Source of the DNA: Alphaproteobacteria bacterium
Lineage (GTDB): Bacteria; Pseudomonadota; Alphaproteobacteria; UBA828
Reading direction: 5' to 3'
NCBI GenBank assembly: GCA_963422645.2
Contig: CAXXVO010000005.1
Coordinates: forward strand, 96,001-160,000
DNA: 64,000 nt
The notes under the pieces are model-generated. The model searched no databases and was not told the DNA's origin. It worked only from the letters and a program-made list of their open reading frames with translations. Made by a program: the position numbers and the translations under genes. Position 1 is the stretch's first letter; each line of letters starts with the position of its first letter. Below, one piece after another: positions 1-8,878 of this stretch.

Positions 1-594
1 GATGCCTAAGCAGAGCTGGAAGAACCCCGGCTCCGGCACGTGGCCCTTCTCGATCAGGTTCGCCGCCAGCCGCACGCCGCCCACGTCGAAGACCTCCAGC
101 TCCGGCACGACCCCCCACTCCCGCATGGAATCGGCCATGTAGCGCAGCTGCGGTGGCGAGTTGATCATGACGCTGTCGTCGCGCACGCCGCCCGAGTTCA
201 TGGTTGCCACGTCGAGGCTGCAAATCTCGGGCCTGAGCTCGCCCACGTGGGCGATCCGCCGCGCCGGCGCCGTGAAGGTCGTGCCCGGCCCGTAATCGTA
301 GGGGTCCTCCACACCGGGGCTGAGGCGCGCGCCGTAGCCCGTGGTGAGGTTCAGCACCACGTCGGTCTCGTTCTGGCGAATGCGGCCGGCGGTCTCGCGG
401 TAATGGTCGAGCTCCATGCTGGCCTTCCCGCTCTCGGGGTCGCGCACGTGAACGTGCACGATGGCGGCCCCCGCCCTGGCTGCATCGAGCGCGGAGTGCG
501 CGATTTCCGCCGGGGTCACGGGCACCGCCGGATTCCTGGCCACCGTGTCCGCCGAGCCCGTCACCGCACAGGTAATGATCACCTTGCGCGCCAT
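1..594 (-). CDS. 3-keto-5-aminohexanoate cleavage enzyme family (BKACE/DUF849), runs off the left window edge
   Basis: Manual translation from ATG at 594: MARKVIITCAVTGS...PVTPAEIA...AGAAIVHVHVRD...PELEVFD. RBS-like GGAGAGGGG upstream. Confidence 0.88.
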   Translation of the reverse strand, partial: MARKVIITCAVTGSADTVARNPAVPVTPAEIAHSALDAARAGAAIVHVHVRDPESGKASMELDHYRETAGRIRQNETDVVLNLTTGYGARLSPGVEDPYDYGPGTTFTAPARRIAHVGELRPEICSLDVATMNSGGVRDDSVMINSPPQLRYMADSMREWGVVPELEVFDVGGVRLAANLIEKGHVPEPGFFQLCLGI

Positions 595-761
595 GTCTCC
601 CCTCTCCCGAATCGCCCTGCCGGAGCCGATGCCCCTCGGGCGATGATGCCACGAATGCCCCCACCCCGCGACCGCGCCCCGGCCCGCGCTGCGCCGGCGC
701 AGACAAATATTAGGGCGGGATTCGCCGGGACTAAGCGGGACAAGCCAAGAGCCTTTCCCCG

Positions 762-1193
762 TCACCCGTCGAGAAGATTGACGGTGCGCAGCCCGGGGTA
801 GATCGCGAATCCGCGATCCAGCGTGACCCACTCACAGCCGTGTTCGATGGCGAGCGCGGCGTGATAGGCATCCGGCAGTCGATTCCCCGTGAGCTGAAGC
901 GTGACGGCCATGCCGCGGAATATGCGCCAGTGGCCGTCTCCGGGTCGCAGCGTCGCGCTCCCCGGCTGAGCAAGCAACGCATCGACGAATTCAACCGCCG
1001 TCCCGCTGGGCGTGGGCGGATGAAATATTTTGGTGTGCGTCAGCACCCGCAGCACGCCACTGAGCACGAGTTCCGACAACCCGACCCGTTCCCTGCCGGC
1101 CAAGGCATCGTTCAGCCACGCGCGGCAGCATTCATGGTGGACAGCGTCCTCGCGGAACGCGCTCACCAGGATGTTGACGTCAGGGCTCTGCAT
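762..1193 (-). CDS. vapC: PIN-domain toxin (VapC)
   Basis: PDVNILV...LPDAYHAALAIEHGCEWVTLDRGF; overlaps the upstream antitoxin gene. Confidence 0.9.
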   Translation of the reverse strand: MQSPDVNILVSAFREDAVHHECCRAWLNDALAGRERVGLSELVLSGVLRVLTHTKIFHPPTPSGTAVEFVDALLAQPGSATLRPGDGHWRIFRGMAVTLQLTGNRLPDAYHAALAIEHGCEWVTLDRGFAIYPGLRTVNLLDG

Positions 1194-1422
1194 CCATGAT
1201 GGCCTGGAGCGCCGCATTGTCCGTCAGGTCCACACCCGGCTGCACGCCCCTTCCCCGAAACGTTGGAATGCGCGGCGCGTCGGTCGGGTCGCCGCCGAGA
1301 GAACTGCTCAGATACTCGCGTAGCGCCTGCTCGAACGTTTCCTTCAGGGTCCTTTTCTCGTGTGCGGCGCGAGCCTTTACGGCCGTCAGGAGCGCGTCAT
1401 TGACGTCGATGGTCGTCCTCAT
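1180..1422 (-). CDS. vapB: RHH-type antitoxin (VapB)
   Basis: 80 aa, MRTTIDVNDALLTAVKARAA...PGVDLTDNAAL; directly upstream of the PIN toxin. Confidence 0.85.
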   Translation of the reverse strand: MRTTIDVNDALLTAVKARAAHEKRTLKETFEQALREYLSSSLGGDPTDAPRIPTFRGRGVQPGVDLTDNAALQAIMDAEP

Positions 1423-1423
1423 A

Positions 1424-1455
1424 TGTGAATATGTATCATAAAATATGTTTTCACA
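1424..1455. promoter_or_regulatory. Candidate vapBC autoregulatory operator
   Basis: AT-rich imperfect inverted repeat TGTGAA(1424-1429)...TTCACA(1450-1455) abutting the vapB start codon. Confidence 0.5.
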
Positions 1456-1570
1456 CAATCGCACTCGGCCATTTCGCGGCGAGGCACGGCGTCGCCACTT
1501 CACCTGTCGAACTGAGACACGAAGCGGTTCGTCGCCAGCCCGGTTGCCCGTGGCGTGCACGCCACATAGT

Positions 1571-4086
1571 CTCAGACTTCCTGACCTCGTGATGCTGGCT
1601 GTTCTGGGCAGCGTGCCGGGAACTCCTTGAATTCTGATACATTTCGGTTGTTTCAGGCGGTTTTTCGCTGGGTGTCGCGCCCGAGGTCTGATATTATAAT
1701 TTGATACCAATTGCACGGTCTCAACCATGCCCAGTACCCTCCCAATGTGCCCTCCAGAGGCGGTCTCGATCGGCAACAGCTGCTTCGCCGTCCTGATCTC
1801 GGACGACACCTTCACCTACTTTTCCAACCTCATTCCCTTTGACAGCCACGCCGCCGATGACCGCACGGCCATGCTCTTGCGGATCGGCCGCCTCGCGGCG
1901 ATCAGCGCGGTCTCGCCGCAGGAACTGGCTGACGCTTTCGCTGTCTCGCGCGCGACGGTGCAGCGCGCACGACGGCGCTACCTGGCCGAGGGCGAAGCGG
2001 GGTTCATGAAGCCCCGGCGCGGTCGCGGGCCGTCGGTGTTCACTCCGGAGTTGGCGGAGAAGGCGACGGCGTTGCTGGCATCGGGCCTGAGCGGCTCTGC
2101 GGCGGCCCGGGTTCTCGGCGTGTCAGCGCCATCGGTCAACAAGTGGCGCCGTCAGGGACTGATCGGCAACACGGAGGCGGATGGGGAGCCCGGACGCTCA
2201 GCGCTGGCTGCGCCGCCTGACGCGGGTGCGGCTCCTGAAGGCCGTGTCGATGAAGAGAGTACCGGTGCCCCGGGGCCGGAGACGGCGCCGGGGCTGGAAG
2301 CGCAGCCGCAAACGGATCGCAGCGCGCGCGATCGGCGGGACCGGCAGGCGCCGATGGGGCGTGCGACTTGCGATGTTCCGGCTCGGGTTCTGGCCAGTTG
2401 TGGACAGGCGGGGCCGGTCGAACCGCAGTTCGCCGCCGCCGCCCGCGGTGTCCGCTTCGGCGGCGTGCTCGCCGCCCTGCCGGCCCTGCTGAAGGAAGGT
2501 CTTCTCTCCGAGACCGGTCTCCTGCCATTGCTGCCGAAGGGCTATTACGGCTTGCCTACGATCCTGCTCTTCCTGGCCTTCATGACCTTGGCGCGGGTGC
2601 GCAACCCCGAGAGCCTGCGCTACCAGGCGCCGGGCGAATGGGGCGCCATTCTCGGCCTCGATCGCTGCCCCGAGGTCAAGACGCTGCGCCGCAAGATCGC
2701 TCTCATCGCCGACGACGAGGCCGGCGTGCGGGCGTGGCAGCTCGCCCTTGCCAGGCGCTGGCAGGCGCCGACGAGCCGGAGCTCTGGGCGACGCTGGCCA
2801 TCGACGGGCACGTCAAGGTCTACTCCGGCCGCAAGGGGCGCTTGCCCAAGCACTTCGTCTCGCGCGAGAAGCTGTGCCTGCCGGCGAGCGCCAGCTACTG
2901 GATCAACGCTCTGGGCGGCAAGCGCTGCTCTGTCTGCACAAGCCGCTGGACCCGAAGATGGTCGCGGCCATCGAAGCCGACGTGGTGCCGGCGCTGCAGG
3001 AGCTTGGGATCGTTGGCGCCGGGGCGCCGGACCTGACCGCCGAGCATCCCGGCCAGCCGGCGCTCACCCTGGTCTTCGACCGCGAGGGCTGGAGCCCGGA
3101 TCTGTTCCGCCGGCTGGCGAGGCGCGGCGTCGCCTGCCTGACCTGGCACAAGAACTTCAGGGGCGAGGACTGGCCGGCCGAGGACTTCGGCGCGATGACC
3201 GTTCCCATTCACGGACCGGCGGCGGACGGCAGCGCCACCATGCGGCTGGCTGAGAAGCCGGTGACGTTGCCGAACGGCTTCAGGGTGCGCCAGATCCGCC
3301 GCCTGCTCGACAACGGCCGTCAGGTGCCGCTGATCACCACCGATCCGCACAAGCCGATGGCTGAGGTTGCGGGCGCCATGTTCTCGCGCTGGTCGCAGGA
3401 GAACTTCTTCAAGTACATGCGTGACGAGTTCAATCTCGACGCCCTGCCGACCCACGAGCTCGAGCCTCTCGATCCCGCCGCCATGGTCGTCAACCCGCTG
3501 CGGCGGGCCTATGACAAGGCAATCCATCGCCTCGACCGCCAGCTTGGCCGCCTGCGCAACCGCATCGCCGACACGGCCCGGAAGAAGCAGCCGACGGCGG
3601 AACTCAGGAGGGAAGTCAGGGACCTCCAGGATGTCCGCGACATCGTCAGGGCCAGCCGCAGGGAGACGCCCAAGCACTGCCGGGCCGGCGACCTCGACGA
3701 AGCCGAGCAGCTCGATGCCTTGCCCGCGCGCGAGCGCCTCCTCCTCGACGTCATCCGGATGATCGCCTACCGCGCCGAAACCCGCATGATGCTTCCCGTC
3801 ATGCAGGCGCAGGGCCACAAGCCCCATCCCCGGAAACTGCTTCAAGCGCTGCTCACCGCCGATGCCGACATCCTGCCGGATCCTGGCAATGGCCTCCTGC
3901 GGGTCCACATTCTTGGCCTCGCAAACGACGCCTGCGACCGTTGGATCGATGCGGTTCTGAGCGACCTGAACGCCACCGAAACGGTCTTCCCCGGCACCCG
4001 TCTGCGCATAGTCTACGACATCGACGGGGCCTCGGAATCCGCGCGGCTCGTGTCACCTAAAATCAGCAGAGGTCAGGAAGTCTGAG
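1571..4086 (+). mobile_element. Insertion sequence with 18-bp perfect terminal inverted repeats and a large DDE-type transposase
   Basis: CTCAGACTTCCTGACCTC (1571-1588) is the reverse complement of GAGGTCAGGAAGTCTGAG (4069-4086). GT flanks both sides, a possible 2-bp duplication. Confidence 0.85.
1727..4085 (+). pseudogene. HTH-containing DDE transposase split over three frames
   Basis: N-terminal HTHs, then IDGHVKVY, VFDREGW and RWSQENFFK in successive frames. Frameshifts near 2766 and 2921. Confidence 0.8.
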
Positions 4087-4164
4087 GTTACAAAACCGGT
4101 GCCGTTCTTAAGACGTCGCGCGGTGGGGCTCACAGACAAGTCTCGACGTCGGGCTGTGGGGCCT

Positions 4165-4283
4165 TCCAGGAGACGACCTAGTCGCGAGCCACGCGGAGCG
4201 CGTCGGCGGCGTCGTCCTCCAGGAATTTGCACACGGTCATGTCGCCGGCGCCGCACAGGGTTCCTTCGCCGAAAGCGGCTGTC
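4165..4283 (-). pseudogene. Degenerate copy of the 3' end of the dehydrogenase at 4891-5410
   Basis: GAGDMTVCKFLEDDAADALRVARD* versus GAGDMSVCRLLEDDAGVALRVPGDW. Confidence 0.7.
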
Positions 4284-4359
4284 CAAGAGCAACAGAAGGC
4301 GTGGGGATCAATGGTGGTAGGGAAAGGGGGCCATGCAGTTCGACCGATAGTCGGGGCGG

Positions 4360-4557
4360 TCACCATGTCCAGTATTGGTCGCGGATTCGCTCGGTTACGG
4401 CTTTCTGGGACTCGTCGATCTCACGGATATTGGTTTGCTCGCGGGCGATTTTCTCGGGTGCGTTCGAATCGGATTGTGCGTCGAGGGGGGCGGGGTCTTC
4501 GGCGTCCACGAGTCTGAGGGGCGCACGAGGGTTCGGTGGTTCGGTTATGTCCATGGC
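4360..4557 (-). CDS. Small hypothetical protein (MDITEPPNP...DQYWTW)
   Basis: Short ORF with protein-like composition; no family recognised. Confidence 0.3.
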   Translation of the reverse strand, partial: AMDITEPPNPRAPLRLVDAEDPAPLDAQSDSNAPEKIAREQTNIREIDESQKAVTERIRDQYWTW

Positions 4558-4659
4558 GCGCAACACCCTTTCGAGGTTCCGATGCCGGGCGTACACGGCG
4601 GCGTGTGCAGCCGACAACCTACAATATCTGGTAGAGGCTCAGCGCGTCAACCGCGATCA

Positions 4660-4809
4660 CTAGAGTGTTTCCGTTTCGAACGGAAACGCGCTGATTCTTT
4701 GTCGCTCACGGCAGCCGGCTTGCAGCCGGCGCCTCCGCGAGGGCGCCGCATTAGCGGCGGGCCGCGGTCGCGGCCTGTCGCGCGTCCGTCAAGGGCGGAC
4801 GCGCTCTGG
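4660..4809. repeat. Palindrome-rich REP/MITE-like element
   Basis: About six consecutive stem-loops; the ends CTAGAGTGTTTCCG and CGGACGCGCTCTGG are imperfectly complementary. Confidence 0.45.
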
Positions 4810-4890
4810 CGTTCAGGCAGAGGGCGCGGGAGTGTCGGGCGGAGGGCCGTCCTGCGATCTCGCGCGCCTACCGGCGCGACGGGCCTTGTC

Positions 4891-5410
4891 TCAACTCTCG
4901 TCCTCGGGGTGGGGGACTTCCCAGGACGCGACCCAGTCGCCGGGGACGCGGAGCGCGACGCCGGCGTCGTCCTCCAGCAGCCTGCACACGCTCATGTCGC
5001 CGGCGCCTGAGCCGTAGCGCGCGCCGGCCTCGCGGAAGCGGGCGTGCGCGGCCTCGATGAGGTCGTTGCGGACGCCGGTCTCGCGCATGAGATCGGCGAT
5101 CAGGTCCAGGTCCTTGAGGCAGAGCGCGATGGGGAAGGAGGGGTCGTAGTGGCCGGCGAAGACCGCGGGCACGTCGTGGTGCATGACGTAGCTGTCCGCA
5201 GCCCCACCCTTCATCGCCTCCCACCAGACTTCCGGCTCCAGGCCTGCGACCTTGGCGGCGACCATGGCTTCGGCGATCGCCGCGGCGTGGACCATCCAGA
5301 GCATGTTGTTGACGAGCTTCGCGACGTAGGCGTTGCCGTGCGGGCCCACCCGGCGGATTTCGCCCATGGCCTCGATCACCGGGCGCACGCGCTCGACCGC
5401 GGCGGGGCCG
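4891..5410 (-). pseudogene. C-terminal half of a 3-hydroxyisobutyrate/6-phosphogluconate-type NAD(P) dehydrogenase
   Basis: VGPHGNAYVAKLVNN...AEAM...F.IAL.LKDL. The Rossmann N-terminus is absent; the frame runs antisense into the next gene. Confidence 0.8.
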
Positions 5411-6147
5411 AGCTGATCAGCTACCACGACACGCTGGCCGATGCCGTGGCGGGCTGCGACATGGTCCTGGAGAGCGTGCCCGAGAAGGTCGACATCAAGC
5501 GCGCCGTGTTCGCGGATTTGGACAAGCTGGTCTCGAAGGAGTGCATTCTCGCCTCCAACACCTCCGGCATCCCGGTCACCACGCTGCAGGAGGGCAACTC
5601 GGCGCCGGGCCGCGTCGTCGGCATGCACTGGTCGAACCCGCCCTTCATCATCCCGGTCATCGAGGTCATCGCCGGCGCCGAGACCACGCAGGCCACCTGC
5701 GACCGGATGGTGCAGGCGATCAGGGACCTCAACCTGCTGCCCGTGGTGGTGAAGAAGGACGTCCCCGGCTTCGTCGAGAATCGCATCCTCTACGCGATCA
5801 TGCGCGAGGCCTGCGATCTGGTGGAGCAGGGCGTGATCGAGCCCGAGGGCCTGGACACCTGCGTCTCCTGGGGCATCGGCTACAAGCTCGCGGTCGTGGG
5901 ACCGATGTCGCTGCTCGACATGGCCGGCCTCGACATCTACCAGGCGGTCGGCAGCTACCTGAACGCCGACCTCTGCAACCGCGACAGCGTGAGCAGCTAC
6001 ATCACGGAGCGGACCGAGAAGGGCGATCTCGGCATGAAGACCGGGACCGGCATCTTCTCCTACACCCCCGACGACATCAAAGCCCTGCAGGGCAAGCGGG
6101 CCGGCCAGCTCGTCGCCGTCCGCCGCGCGCTAGAGGGCCGCTCCTAG
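5411..6147 (+). pseudogene. 5'-truncated 3-hydroxyacyl-CoA dehydrogenase family protein, FHMPC dehydrogenase-like
   Basis: ESVPEKVDIK, ASNTSG, GMHWSNPP, KDVPGFVENR. The GxGxxG N-terminus and a start codon are missing. Confidence 0.8.
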
Positions 6148-6621
6148 CGGGCGGCGCAGCACCAGCATGGCCGACGCGCACCGTACCCGCCGGCTCGCCC
6201 ATATCGACTGCCCGGGCGGCGGGCAGGTCTGGGTCGATGGCACCACGCTTTACATCGGCCACATGCGCTGGCCGTCGGGCACCACCATCGTCGACGTGGC
6301 CGACCCTGCGAACCCGCGCATCCTCGCGCGGATCGAGCTGCCGGAGGGCTGGCACTCGCACAAGGTCCGCACCGCGAACGGCGTCATGCTGGTCAATCAC
6401 GAGCGCCTCGGCGGCGGCGGCAACGACGCCAACGGGTTCGGCGGCGGGCTCGGCATCTACGACGTTTCGAATCCCGCCAAGCCGAACCTCGTCACCAAGT
6501 GGCGCACCGCCGGCAAGGGCGTGCACCGCTTCACCTTCGACGGGCGCTACGCCTACATCTCGCCGACTGCCGAGGGCTACGTCGGCAACATCGTGATGAT
6601 CCTCGATCTCGCCGACCCGGC

Positions 6622-8188
6622 TGTAGGGGGACGAAAGTCATTGCGAATCCGGAAGATGCCGGGAAGAAGGCGGAAGAAGGCGGACGGTCAAGGGGTTGGC
6701 GGCGTTTCCGGGGTCTGGCGGGCCGGACGAAAGTCTTTGCGAATCCGGCCCGGAAAGGGCCGTGAATTGGCTGGAAGCGGGGATTTTCGGGGCGTTTCAG
6801 GGGTGCTGAAAGGCCTGTAAATCGGGGCGGTTCCGGGGCCCAGACCAGGGCGTTGCAAAGCATGGAGTGGCGGAAAATGTTGTGCGACATTGGGGCCGTC
6901 TCTGGCGATTGTGACCGTCACCACGAGACAAAGCCCCCCGGCGAACTTCTTGCAAGTTCGCCGAGGGGCACCCGCCCCAAAACCTCAACAAATCCGAGCG
7001 GATCAGGCCCCGATCCCCGCTGAAAGACCGCGCGCGCTCACCGCCGGCGCAAGCGGCGTCAGCCGACACACCCAGCTCACCGTGCCCTCCCCGGTCTCCG
7101 CCGGCTATATCGTCATCGAGTGGGGCTGATCGCGATGCGCCGCACCCTCGTCCCCGCAGGCGGCGGCATCGACAGCACCGCCCTCGCCCTCCTCGTCCTG
7201 CGCGAGACCGAAGACGAGGTCGTCCTCTCCTACTACCGCGAGCCGGCCCGCGAACTCCCGGAGCGCATCGCCCGCGAGCAGGCCGCAAGCGAGGCCGTCG
7301 CAGACTGGCTCTCCCGCAACGTCCGGCCCGTGCGCCACGTCAGCCGCGACGCCCTGCGCCTCGACCTCGACGCCGGCGCCGAATACCCGATCAGGGGCGG
7401 GAGAGGGTGGGAGGGCGTCTGCGACCCCACATTCGGCCCCTGGGGCCTCGACCGGTACGCAACCCACGCCGACGAGGCCGAGCGCCACCGCGCCGACCGG
7501 GTGATGCTCGGCATCACCTCGTGGGACACCGCCGACGACATGCACCGCATGTACTGGTATCCCGTCTACCGCGCGCGCACCGCCGTCCCCATGGAACTCC
7601 CCTTCTTCCCCGGCTGGGAGGACGGCGCGCAGTGGCCGCCGTCGCGGGACGACCCCTTCGGACCCGTCGCCGGGCGCTTCATGCTCCAGGCCCTGCTCCC
7701 GCCCGGGCTGGAGGCGCTCACCTGGCGATGCACCGTCGCGGCAGAGCCCTGCGGACGCTGCCCCCGATGCCGCCTCAACGCCTTCTTCGAGCGCTTCTGC
7801 CGGGGACGCCCGGCGGACCAGGTCGCCCGCATCGACGACGCCCTCGAACGACACCGCGGCGCAGGCCGATGGTACGCCGACGCCGACCCCGGAAGATGGA
7901 CCGATCACGACGGATACGACGCCGCAGAACGCGCCGTCGAAGACCCCGAATGGTGGAAGGCCGAACTCGAACGCCCGTGCCGCCCCGGCGCCCGCCCCGG
8001 TCCCGACCGCGCCTGAAACCCCCACGCACCGCCCGTGCACGGGCCCCGAAACCCCCGCGCAGCGCTCCTTCATGGCCCATGCACAGGCCGGTTTTTCCAG
8101 CCCGGTTCAGCCCCGAAAACCAGCCGATTTTCCAGGCCATTCGCAAAGACTTCCGGCCGCGATTCGCAAAGACTTCCGGCCGGCTACA
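6622..8188 (+). mobile_element. Non-autonomous Mu/Tn7-like mini-transposon (1567 bp)
   Basis: TGTAG...CTACA termini; 5-bp duplication CCGGC (6617-6621, 8189-8193); repeated GRAAGTCWTTGCGAAT motifs at both ends; no transposase. Confidence 0.92.
7135..8016 (+). CDS. QueC-like PP-loop ATP pyrophosphatase with a Cys4 zinc motif
   Basis: N-terminal TLVPAGGGIDST (SGGxDS variant); C-terminal TWRC-x6-CGRCPRCRL. Confidence 0.75.
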   Translation: MRRTLVPAGGGIDSTALALLVLRETEDEVVLSYYREPARELPERIAREQAASEAVADWLSRNVRPVRHVSRDALRLDLDAGAEYPIRGGRGWEGVCDPTFGPWGLDRYATHADEAERHRADRVMLGITSWDTADDMHRMYWYPVYRARTAVPMELPFFPGWEDGAQWPPSRDDPFGPVAGRFMLQALLPPGLEALTWRCTVAAEPCGRCPRCRLNAFFERFCRGRPADQVARIDDALERHRGAGRWYADADPGRWTDHDGYDAAERAVEDPEWWKAELERPCRPGARPGPDRA

Positions 8189-8878
8189 CCGGCGCTGCCG
8201 CAGGAGGTGGGCCGCTGGTGGATCCCCGGCCAGTGGCAGGCGGGCGGCGAGGAGTACCCTTGGGAGAACTGGGTGGCGCCCCGCTGCCATCACCCGCTCC
8301 GCCTCGGCGACCGGCTCTACGTCAGCTACTGGCACCACGGCCTCTTCATCCTCGACATCGAGGACATGACCCGGCCGAAGCACGTTGCCGGCGTCAACAC
8401 CAGCCCCGCCTTCCCGCACCCCACCCACACCTGCCTGCCCTTCCCCTACAAGCTCAAGGGCCGGCACATCATGGTGGTGGCGGACGAGGACGTGGCGAAG
8501 CTCTGGCCCTCGCCGCCGGCCTTCGCCTGGGTCTACGACATCACCGACGAGCGCTGCCCCATCCCCATCAGCACCATCCACGTGGATGGAGTCGATCAGG
8601 ATGGCAGCCCCCAGCCCGACATGACCGGCTGCCACCAGCCCTCGGACCGATTCACCGGCAACGTCGTGCCCTTCGCCTGGTTCGCCCAGGGCCTGCGCCT
8701 GGTGGACGTGTCGGACCCCTTCGCGCCCTGCGAGGTCGCACGCTACGTCCCCGACCCGCCCGAGGGATGCGAGCGCGCCTCCTCCAACGACGTCACCGTC
8801 GACGACCGCGGCCTCATCTACCTGATCGACCGTCAGCGCGGCGTCGACATCATCGAGACCGACGCTCTCTGAACCGCC

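Larger units (their letters stand above)
6167..8872 (+). pseudogene. LVIVD-repeat beta-propeller protein interrupted by the 6622-8188 element
   Basis: TIVDVADP, GIYDVSNP, ILDLADP repeats. Removing the insert and one CCGGC restores ...LDLADPALPQEVGRWW... in frame. Confidence 0.9.

Noticed and set aside
4165-5045. DGR template/variable repeat pair
   Set aside because: Differences are not adenine-specific, include indels, and no reverse transcriptase is present.
4891-6147. Genuine overlapping bidirectional genes (4891-5628 minus and 5044-6147 plus)
   Set aside because: Each ORF's apparent N-terminus is merely antisense of the other gene; family similarity stops near 5411 on both strands.
7135-8016. 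Labelling the cargo as housekeeping queC
   Set aside because: The PP-loop Ser is replaced, the central QueC motifs (YGQ, VP.RN, YPDC) are absent, and the context is a mobile element.
8139-8182. Tandem 21-bp repeat as a CRISPR array
   Set aside because: Only two units with a 2-bp gap, no spacers and no cas genes; explained as transposon end sites.
6622-8188. CRISPR-associated transposon (CAST)
   Set aside because: TGT...ACA ends fit, but there is no cas, tniQ or array, and both insertions are in ordinary coding sequence.
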